A DNA stretch of 64,000 bases from Enoplolaimus lenunculus (lineage: Eukaryota): assembly GCA_030248215.1 (NCBI GenBank), contig JASANG010003338.1, positions 248,001-312,000 of the forward strand, in the 5' to 3' direction. Positions within the stretch are counted from its first letter, which is position 1. Each line of letters opens with the position of its first letter. Below the pieces are notes generated by a model that made no database searches, was not told the DNA's origin, and saw nothing but the letters and a program-made list of their open reading frames with translations. Shown piece by piece: positions 53,447 through 64,000 of this stretch. Both the position numbers and the translations under genes were made by a program.

Positions 53447-55910
53447 GTTTAAGTAACGAGGGCAGCCCAAAAATTATGTGTTTCTACGAGTTCATTAAGT
53501 TTAGCTTAAACTAAAAATATGTAAGATTTTAAATGAGTTTAAGCGTAAACCGACCTGCTAGTTTTAGTTAATCTAGAAACTTAGTTTAATACTGCTGGAT
53601 TAGCTTAAGCTTAAATCAAGTTATTTTAAGCTTTTACAGAGTAAACATCAAATTTTCAATTATATTTTTCAACTTTAGCGATCTAAACATAGATTTTCAA
53701 TTACGTTGAAATTACCTAAACTATGCGAACAACATAAACTAAAAAATAAATAAAAACGCGAAAAAACTGATCTGTTTTGCGTTGTTCGATGCATAAATTG
53801 CAGCCGTATAAACATATAATTATAGCAACACCGTTTATCGCTATAGCAAAAATAGAATACAAACGTAAATTTAATTTGAAATCAAACTTTGTTTTGGAAT
53901 ATTTCACCTAATATTTATCGCCAGGGCGACAAATCCAATTTCAACAATTTGCACCCACAATCAAAAGCTACCCCGCGTTATTTCATCGTTGCATTCTGAT
54001 AGTGTTTTAGCGAAGATTCAAGCAGTGAAACTGTATATTTTATACATAAAGAACACTTGTTTAATGTTCAACTGATTAGGGAGGATCCAAATATTTCCGA
54101 TCGGAAACCCACGCGCGTAAGGTGAAAATCTCTGGAACGACAAATGCGTCAGGCCAAATGTAAATTCAGCATTTAATCTTAGCTCAAAATTTTAATTTAC
54201 ATCACTTTAGCGGCGCAAGACCTGGGTGGTGCCCTGTAGTGGTTCGCCTGCGGCTGGTCAGTAGCAATGAACAAAAATTGAATGGCACAAAATTGTCCTA
54301 TTGATAAAAGCCGGCGGAAAGCTTGGCTAACTTTTAGGCCAATTAGTTCCTTTCACAATCACGTTCAGTTTGACCCTAGTGGTTACAAAACAACCAGTCT
54401 ATTAAGTATTGCCGAAAAAACCCAACTCCTGTATTATTACAGCCACTGTGGTGAAACCAGCCATCGAAATTGAAAAAAAGCACATGAAATGGTTAATCAA
54501 ACACTAAAATACAAACCTATTTGTTATCAAATTTCTTTGAATAGGAGTACCGGATGCTTTAGTTATTTACCGTTTTAAAACTAGGTGGTAAAAAGTGGTT
54601 TATTTGGTTTAAGATGTGCTGCTATACCTGTGGTAACAGGATGCTAATTGGCATGGTAATCGGAATTTAAGTTTTAGTAATTCTATTAAAAAGTAAAGTG
54701 CATGACTTTTGTTCGCATTTTTAGTAAATATTGGCAGTCACATTTTGATAATCAGCGCAATATAATTCGCTTTCACGTAACAACTGAGAGTATTTACTCA
54801 AATGTTACGATCAGATGAAGTGCAAAGGAACGAAAAAACTGGTAAAATCGAAGTTCAATCACGTTAAAAAATCATAAGCGAAAAATCGGAATTCCGGCCT
54901 CGGAATAGTAGTCAGTCGGCATCCGAATTGGAACCCAAATTTTATCAGAATTTTAGCCGGAATCTGAATTCCGTTAGAACGCTGCAATTTGAGCGGCTGG
55001 TACTAGGAATAATACTTGTTGATTTTGATAAACAATTCAATTCCAATTTTCAATTAAGCGCAAATTTAAGGCAAAAGGCAAAGTTCTGGCAGGAATTTGC
55101 CTTTTGTCTTAAATTTGTTGCTAATTGAAAATAATTTTTATCGAAACCAACAAGTTACTTCTGGCACTTACCCAGTTCACAATTCAACTGTGTTCAAAGT
55201 AGATCGACTTCTATTAAACGCACGTACAAATATGCATGCAAAATTTGTACAGTAATTTTGTTTAAATTCGCCAGCTTTCACAATTCGGCAAAATATACGA
55301 TTAATGTTGTAGATCGCTTATTTGCATAATAATTTATTTTCTGCATTAACGCCTTATGATCCGGCAAACCTTTTATCAGCAAACATTTTCAATATTAACT
55401 TATCACTGTTATCTTGAACTAAAAGCATAGCAATTTATAAACAAAGCATTTTTATTTTAAACCGTCCTGATTTAAATTTATTATTTCAGGAAAAAACATT
55501 ATTTTTACCATTGCTGCTGCGTTTTCTTTCAGTTTAGGGCTAATTCTCAAATGTGTACAGCAACTATCGTCAGTTAGTAACTGGTTTTCAAACTCCATAA
55601 CTATTGTAGTTGTTGAATTCAAAGTTAGCACTTTAGCAGAGCTAATCATATGCGGAAAAATGTGCTGATTTTGAGCCTCAGCGCTCACTAATTTGGTTAG
55701 AAAGATAACCAGGCCTACCACCAACATGTGATCGATGCCGCACATATATAACAATACAGGCCTAGGTTTCACATGTGTTCTCTATTCTTGCATTCCCGTT
55801 GCCCCGCTGCCCTATCTGTCCTGTCTCGAGTTGTTCTAGCGGTTTTGCAAAAGTACAAGTCGATATAAATTTGCACATGGTGTATATTATATAAATACCG
55901 TAAGTCTTAC

Positions 55911-56066
55911 CTGAGAAATATCCACGCTTATTCGTCCATGCGCTCGCTTAGATCGAGTAAATGACAACTTTCGTCTCGACCGAAGAAATGTGTCCAATGC
56001 TGAATGGCTTGACGTCGGCTGTTGTTGAACACTGTTGCGGCGAAGACTTATTGCAGAGGTATTCAT
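55911..56066 (-). CDS. PLEKHG5: Candidate alternative first coding exon A (MNTSAISLRRNSVQQQ...RISVDISQ, 52 codons)
   Basis: ATG at 56066 with an in-frame TAA upstream, strong donor CAG|GTAAGA, phase 0 fits the acceptor at 50333. An acceptor ctttccag lies at 56101, 34 nt before the ATG. Confidence 0.6.
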
Positions 56067-58778
56067 TTCTTTATTAACTTAAATACAGGATATATATAAT
56101 CTGGAAAGTGAAATTTATATTAGTTCCGGTTCCGCATTGAGCGCTTCTTTACAGTTTTTCCACCGTTCCTTTAAATCAATATGAATATGAGGGAGTAGGG
56201 ATCACTGTGTTTAGCACCGGTTTTTGCCGTTACACATCGGTGAAGGGTGATAAAAACAATTTTGAACCTTATCACCAACTTTAAGCAGGTCTGTCGACCA
56301 GCCTAAATTTTTCCTGATTGAAATAAGAAATATTTATGTATAAAAATAAATAAATGTTCAAAATTCATAGAGCATACAAATGAAACTATCTACACGGTAT
56401 ATAATTGCAATATGTATAGCCGTGAAATATCATTCTAAAACACGTTGTGCAAAACTGTAAACTCTCAATCATTTGATAGCTGGTTTTTGGCCTCGCTTAA
56501 TGCTCCCGAAACCGGCGGTTGGAAAGCAAAATTAATTTTTAAAGATTGACACTGCATCCGACAGAAAACTTTTCGAAATATAATAGCAAAGTGACCAGCC
56601 TTGTAGCCAGCTCACCTTGCTACTAGGCAGCTGAAAATGTTTCAGAAGGGGCATACAAGGGTTTTTGGAGACTTACAAGCAAGGTTAAAATTTTCTAGGT
56701 CACCCAAAATTTTTCAAAGATGGACTGAGTCCCTTGGCCCATCTCTGGCAACGGGCCCGTGCATAACAGTGTGACACCTTTAAACAATACTTTTACTCCA
56801 TATAACTTTCTATATATAAGAAATTGCATAGACGTTTACGCAGCCCAGGGGAAAGGAAATTGCATGTCTTTGGCTTATACCTCTTGGATGCCCATTGACG
56901 TATATGTCGGCGTACCATTGAATACATAAATCGCTAAGTACATTTTGTATTTTGATTGAAAAACTGCTAGGAATTCAATATGAATCAAATTTCAGTTCAT
57001 TTCGGCTTTAAATCATCAAATAAAATGAAACGTTGCATTATTTGCATTCATTTTGGTGCAGCGCCGTTGGGCAAAATAACACACAGCAGCAGCAGCAAAA
57101 AAAACTTACGATCGTATAAAATCACTAAAAAACAACGACAAAATTATATTTCGCAATGAATTTTATAAAACTTAAATTTGCCCTCGAGTAAAAAACGCAA
57201 TCTATTAATATTTTTGTAGGATCTGCATTTGCGAAAACTCTGAAATAGAACGTATAGCATTTTTCTTACCTGACCCTCGCTTTACTTAATCAAACACGAT
57301 TTTTTACCCGCGGGTTTGCCACTCTAAAAACGTCTACCGACGAAACAACCACCTTTTAACTGCGCCTGAAATTAAAAAAGTATTTTAAAGATCGCTGGTG
57401 ATTTTAACTTTAATTAAGTATTGCGTTATATAGCTCGAACGAATTTTATACCTGAAACTTTACTAGAAACAACAAAATTTCAAGCACAACTAAGTAAAGC
57501 AGTTAATACCGTTTGTTTTGCGCCTTAAATCTTAAGCTTTCCGTGCGTTTGCAACACCTATAACTCAAACCAAAAATAGCATAAGCTTAAACTAGTGTTT
57601 TAAACTTAAAAATAAGTTAAGAAGTTAAGTTGGAATTTCTTGGACGAATTTTTTTTATCTTTTAACTAATTAGTGTATGAGTGACAGCGAAAATGCAGAA
57701 CTTTCACAAAATCTCTTTGAAACAAGAATGTTGTTTTAATTTATGCTTACTTGTCAACGTGTTTGATGACTGAATGCTGACAACTGTCGTACGATGGTAA
57801 TTCATTAAGCAAAAAGTTGAAGAAAATTAGTTCTCAAACAAATTTTGGCCTTTTGTTACTTGCGTTTCCGGGTCAGTGCCTGATATTTTAGGACCGTTTG
57901 CGCCTGTGGCGCATAAAGCATTGCAAGTTTTATTTCTACATACGCAATTCGCGGAGTGAAGGATACGGTCCGTGCAAAAAATGGTTAAGTGAACGAATTA
58001 CCAATGCCGGAGCAGGTTAATGTGGGGGCCGCCCAAAATTACGAGGTATGGGCTCCTTGTGATGATCAAAATATATTTCAATTTTTGATATAAAATTTTA
58101 TAAGGGCGGGAGCCACTCTTTGAATCGCCCGGGTGGGCCCTCAAATCGAAGGTATTGATGGTGACTGGTCCGGCCCTGCCAATTAGATCGCTCGCATGTA
58201 AATACCAACGCCAGTTGAAATGTGGCCGCATACAACTACGATGCCAATTTTATATGGCCAAACGGAACAGACATAGAAATACGAGAATATCACAATTGGC
58301 AAACCATTGGCAATGGCAAAAAGTAACGTATATGGTAGTTAGTTGTACAATTTCTTAACCAGTTTACGCTAAGGATTATGTTCAAGCATATGTTTATGAA
58401 ATGACTTAACCCATGCCAGAGCGTTAACTAAAACCTGAATAACAGAATATATTATTGACACGGTTCGTGCCGATAAATACACATCCAACTCAATCCCGGT
58501 CAGCGGCGGATGTTTGTGCATTCAGAAGTCCAACATTCAAACGTATATACTTTTATACCTCAATGTTCGAAAAGTCATCATCAAAAAAACATATTTTAAA
58601 AAGTATATAAACTCTTTTCAGTTATAAATTTTTCACAATGAATTTTTCAAATTAAAAACATTTTTTAAAAACAAGGTTTTTCACTGAACAAACAAATAAC
58701 CGATCATGCGGCTTGTTATTAAAAGTGCAACTGCTGTTTACACGCGGACACATTGCTATGTGGACTGTCTGCAACGTA

Positions 58779-59211
58779 CTGTAGTGAGTGACCCGTATAA
58801 TAGGGGGCGTAATAAGAGGTGGGGGTACCTTTTTTGAGTGCCAATCAATAGGGTTTTGTATCTCTAATAAGAGTCCGTAAGCGGATAATCTGTAAACCCC
58901 CTAATTAGAGTTCATAAATGCCAATTATCTCAATTATAGTGCATAAATGACTTTAGTACCATATAAAGTTGAGTTCGAAATGTTATAGCATATTTAAGTT
59001 TTGAAATCACATTCTTAAGTACAGCATTGTATTATCGCTCAAGCTTTCAATACAAGACAAATAAATGTTTAATACAACAAATAGTTGCAATACTGGATAT
59101 ATATCAGCAAAGAAAAGCTGTGGACGGCGGGTTAAAATAAATAACAGTTCGTAACCAGTTAAGAAGGAGGGGTATCCTCTACAGAGACCAAATAAATATC
59201 AGTCCCTACAG
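58779..59211 (-). mobile_element. MITE family 1, diverged inverted copy
   Basis: TA-CTGTAGTGA...TACAG-TA with internal similarity to the family. Confidence 0.85.
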
Positions 59212-59476
59212 TAAACAGTGGTAAACGGTTGCGCTATACTTAACTGTGGTACAAGCAGTGCCTAGAACCCCGTGACCTTGTGAATGACACTCGTCATGTG
59301 TGGGAACCACTCAAATTGATGCCACGAATGTCTGGACATCAAGGTAAAAATTAGACAAATCTATAAAGAACCAGATCATTATTGAAAGAGTGTGTTGCTC
59401 AGATTTTAAAAATGTTAACGAGGCCACACGTGAGAAGTGTGGATTTCGGAGTAAGTTTTCTACAAAGTGCTATTAA

Positions 59477-59717
59477 CCCTATCTCACATGAATATTTTCT
59501 ATTTCTCCTGAGACCTACTTTTATGCTACGATTCGAACTCCAGTGACTGGAGTGGGAGGCGTATACCATCACCACTCAGCTATAGGAGCGTCTCAAGTCT
59601 TGCGGTGATTTAGTACTATGTATACGTGTTGCAATTGTTAAACACGGTGCGATATACATTATTTAATGTATATACACTGCGCTGGGTTGCCTATAGGCAA
59701 CTCAATGTGAGAAGGGG
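59477..59717. mobile_element. MITE family 2 copy with a small internal deletion
   Basis: TTAA|CCCTATCTCACA ... TGTGAGAAGGGG|TTAA. Confidence 0.88.
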
Positions 59718-62188
59718 TTAAATTTGTGGCGTTATCTGTAAAACAGGTCGGACTCAGCTGAAGTTGGCATCGGGTTTCTTAGATTTTAAGATCAAACGTT
59801 AACAATTTTAATCAGGCCCACAGCCAGCTCCCCTTTTTACCAAGAACTACTTAATTTTCAGGAGGGACATACAAGAGGTTTTCGAAGCCTTAAAACCAAG
59901 GTTGAAAACTTATACATGGGCTGAGCTCCCCTGGTTTTCCTCCGGCTACGTGTCCGTTATTAATTCAGGGTCGGAGCCATATTAACATACTATTGACCAG
60001 GTTAAACTAAATAACTTTCTGGAAGGGACTACAGCTTTCACATAACTTACAAGCGTTTCTATACACTTTTGTAATGTTGGCCAAATTATTGCAAAGAAAG
60101 TAAGTCTCTCTTAGCCACCTGTGCAGTATGGTCCGATTTATAATGAGATTACTTCAACTTTAAGGAGAACAATAGTTCGTTTCTATAAAAATAACAGGTA
60201 TATTTTTCAACTAGAGTCCCAGGCGTAATTTTGTTTCCGAGAAAAATGTTTTGCTATTACCTAAAACCAATCGACGGCAACGAAATCGTGAAAATTAAGT
60301 CCCAACGGACTTTAAACAGGAGCTATAATTTGCTTCTACTTAATTATGCCATCTTTCTGTCTTTAGAAACATTTCCACTCAGCGCACTATTTTTCAACGT
60401 AGTACCATATTTTTTCGTTATAATTATTGAAAAAATAACCCTTGTGCAGTATTTTAGGTTTCCATGGTAACATTTTTGTTTGCGCAAAATAGTTACCAAC
60501 AACTAAGTTCAATTAGCTAAAAAATTTCATTTCAAACTGATCGAACGATGGGGGCAGACGAGTGCAACCCTCCTTCCTGCAAAATTTTGTTCTGTTTAGA
60601 AGATTTCAATTCTAACTGCAAGTCATGTGAAATCCACATTATTCCTGTGTTAAAATTAATTTTTTCGGGAACCTACGTGTTGAGTTAGCTACGAATCTTA
60701 TACTTCAGTAAATATATAATGAAAATTTAATATTAATGCAGTTAAAATGCTTAGTATCATCAGCTCGAGCTATTATGAATATTAACAACTGTTGTTTCCA
60801 AGGACACGGGAGCAATTTGTCTCTTGGAGTTTCAAACGGGGTCGAAGTTGCTTACTTCGTAAATTTGGAGCGATTAAACATTTGATTTTGGGCTTATCTC
60901 GTATCGAATCTGGTTTTGCCAGTCAGCCAAGGGTGGCAGAGTAGTTTTGAAAACTGAGGAAGCTACATCAGCGAAAAATATAGCGTATTTTTTGGTGTTA
61001 ATGATTTCATTTTCATCACAACCTTTTGTTTTGGCGGGGTTTAGAGGTCTCAACGATACTATATACCGTTCTAAATGTGACGATTGGTACCCTACCCAGA
61101 CACCAGTTGGGGGGCGCGTGGTTATTACCATGTAAATACCGTATTTCGAAAACACGTTTAGCTCGTCGTCTCACTAAACAAACAGTTTTGAAAGGCTAAA
61201 AATTTCTAATTTTTAAGATTTTATTTACCAGAAACTTCAATGGCAAACAACCAAACAACATCAATCTACAGGCCAGTGCGTGTTTGAGCTGCCCTGCACA
61301 AAAATTAGTTTCTGGGACATTTCAGTTGCTACTTCCCTAACAAAATCCCGGATACGTTACTGGGCACGACAGCAATAAGCATTGCAAAGCGTTTCTGCAA
61401 CCAACGCTGTACGAGGCTCGCGTACCATGTGTGTCTAGTTAAACGATGGCTAATTGAAGTGTATACAAAACTGATGATCACAGATACCAATTTTGGGAGT
61501 GTTTGGGCACGAACTGGTTCACTAGGCAACAATATTTCACTTCTACTCGGCTTAACGTAGCAGGCATCCGCGAATCGTACCGCCGCCCAAACTCACAAAC
61601 ATCTTCACGCTGCGCTCTCGCCCCTGGTTCACAACTAAATTAATTCAATGTTAAGACAAATGTTCTTGACCCACCTATAAATCTTCCTGCCGCATCTAGT
61701 AACAATTCCTGGTGACGAGCCTAGCTATAGGGATTACCAAGATAGCAAAATCTATTAAAAATATCTCATAAATAATACAGTGTGGTTTAGATCAATCGTG
61801 ATAAAAGAGACAATTTATTTATTGGAAATTTGACAAATATATTTATTTAGCAGATTTCTGGTTTATTGTAAGATCACACGAAGTATCTATCATTGTTTCG
61901 ACACAGAAATTTGAAGTGCTGTCGAATGCTGTCTTATATCTTACCAGCTTATACCATCCCACGTGTGTAGCCAGGAAGTTCATCACAGTTTTTCACTCAT
62001 TCCGCGGTTCTGCAGTATCTGCATCAAAACGGTTCTGGTGAACTCAAAAAGTATATGTAATAAGCTCATGGAAAAAAATACACGTGACGGTATTTTTGAA
62101 TATTTAATAGAATTCACGTTTGTGTAGCGTATAAACGTCTGGTATTGCATATTCCTTCAAATGGTAAGGAGTTTTATCTACCTACTTA

Positions 62189-62619
62189 GTGTAGTGACCG
62201 GAATAAGAGGGGGAACTGATATCTATTGGCCTCTGGAGCAGGTACTTCTGTTCGGTTACGGACTGTTATTTATTTTAACCCGCCCTCCACCGCCCTTCGC
62301 TACTGATATATGTACATATATAATTACGGTATTGCAAAAATCCGTTGAATTAAACGTTTTTTGTATTGTGTCAAAAACTTGAGCGATAATGCAACGTTTA
62401 TACTTAGGAATGTACTTTCAAAATTTAAGTATCCTTTAAAGAGTCGAACTCAACTATATTTGGTCCTGGAATCATTTATGCGCTACAATTAAAGATAATT
62501 GACAGGGTTAAGGGATTCTATTTCTTTACGGACAGTTATTAGGAATGCGGACTACTATTGATAAGGACTCAGAATGGAAACCCCCTCTTTACTACTCCCT
62601 CTTATTTGGGTCACCACAT
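62189..62619 (+). mobile_element. MITE family 1 copy
   Basis: Degenerate TIRs, internal similarity. Confidence 0.85.
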
Positions 62620-63241
62620 CAATAAATAAGACGGTTTCAACCCCAGAAAAGAAAGTGGGGCTCAGTCCTCGAGATGGGTTTCATGGGACCGCACGGGGCG
62701 GGGTGGAGCGGAACGAACTTAGAGTTTCCGTGCGGCACAGTGGCGTATCAAGAAATTTGGATTGGGGGAGCCGCATCCTGCCAGGTCCCTGCATTTTGTT
62801 TCCACATAAAAGTGAGCTTAGAACTGGTCAGTCCTGGCCCATTTAAATTTTTGAACGCGATATATGACGTTGGCTGGCCAAGCTTTCAAGGTCGGCTCCG
62901 AAATCATTTCCAGAGCCTGGAACTGTCTCAAATCGTTTCTTTATTCGGTAACCAAACAGGAACACCCTTTGCCCATTATTTATTATTTTTAGTTTTGAGC
63001 TAATTAGGTTGGGCAATTTGACAATGACGTTTTCTTCGAACAATCGAGAAGTTAACAGTAAATTTTGTATTTGATGTAAATTCTGTCGCACAAACTGATT
63101 ACTATGACAGGACCCCCATATGGTGCAAAACGAAGTAAACTCCATCTCTGCTGTTCCCGCAGCCAGATGCTCATAGCGGTTTTTTCGCCAGAAACGCGTT
63201 CCGGTGCAAGAAAGCAGGCACTAGTAACAGCCTTTAATATA

Positions 63242-63675
63242 CTGTATAGACCCGAATAAGAAGGGGGTAATAAGAAGGGGTCCCCATTTTGAGTCCGAAT
63301 CAATAGGAGTCCGTATCCCTAATAAGAGTCCGTAAGCGGATAGGGTCCCTAAACCCTAGTTGGAGTCCATAAATTTCAATTAACCCGAATAGTAGCGCAT
63401 AAATGACTCCAGGACCAAATAATTTGAGTTCAAAACTTTAAAGCGTACTTAAATTTTGAAAGTACAAAGTATACACTTGTATTATCGCTCAAGCTATTGA
63501 CACAAGACAAATAAACGTTTAATTTAACGAATAATTGCAGTAGCGGATATATCAGTAACGAAGGGCGGCGGAGCGTGGGTTCAAGATAAATAACAGTCCG
63601 TACCCGAATAACAAGGGGGATACCCTCTGAAGAGGTCAAATAAATATCAGTCCCCTTTTATTCGGGTCACTACAA
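63242..63675 (-). mobile_element. MITE family 1, inverted copy
   Basis: Reverse complement of the 39386 copy, with TIRs and TA flanks. Confidence 0.92.
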
Positions 63676-64000
63676 TAGCTTTCTTGATATTAGACGTCAA
63701 AATTTTTAGCATGCGGTTCTCGTCCAATGCGAAGCTGTCAACGCCACTGTTGGTTTTGAAACCGTTCAACGTTGGTGTGACATTCCGGGCGTTGTTTGCC
63801 AAATGCATCCACTGCCAGCTAATTATGGATGTAGTCAGGGTCCAACCATGGACCCAAGATTGAGTTGATAAAAACGTGGACCCCTGTATAATTGGTCAAT
63901 TTAAATTTTATCTTTTCGAACCAGTCTTCACAAACCCATTGCGAGAGCGGGCCCAGAGTCCGAAGCCTCACTGTCCTCCAATATGATTCGCTCCTAAACC

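Larger units (their letters stand above)
810..56066 (-). other. PLEKHG5: Gene span: PLEKHG5-like RhoGEF (RBD-DH-PH), multi-exon; 3' end may extend to or beyond the window start
   Basis: Chain of GT-AG exons with matching phases. The translation matches PLEKHG5-family motifs: ELIRTEASY, RLTKYPLLLK, DVYCMLFTDMLL, VIRPP, SFLLVCLTEF...GWIDAF. Confidence 0.85.

Noticed and set aside
1..64000. Autonomous transposase/RT gene, or a prokaryote-style novel system
   Set aside because: No long ORF with DDE, RT or other enzyme motifs. All long ORFs are accounted for by the RhoGEF gene or by repeats.

Overview
AT-rich eukaryotic (invertebrate) genomic DNA. A tunicate/ascidian origin is my inference from the chordate-type gene, low GC and MITE density, and is not proven. 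The window is dominated by one multi-exon minus-strand gene spanning about 56 kb that encodes a PLEKHG5 (Syx/Tech)-family RhoGEF with an N-terminal RBD/ubiquitin-like domain, a DH domain and a PH domain. I reconstructed 13 phase-compatible exons by hand (2829 nt, 943 codons from the 52469 ATG to the end of the PH domain); most of the small exons are missed or mis-framed by the ORF track. There are four candidate alternative first coding exons, two upstream and two downstream of the RBD. The introns are packed with short non-autonomous DNA transposons (TA-, TTAA-, 3-bp and 8-bp TSD classes), tRNA-derived elements and a complex ~1.1 kb satellite. I see no convincing new biological system. The best leads are: substitutions at conserved DH catalytic positions plus a ~60 aa DH insertion; RBD-plus versus RBD-minus isoforms from alternative first exons; and a piggyBac-type MITE family carrying an internal tRNA-like Pol III cassette. 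Protein family assignments come from remembered family motifs, not from a database search.
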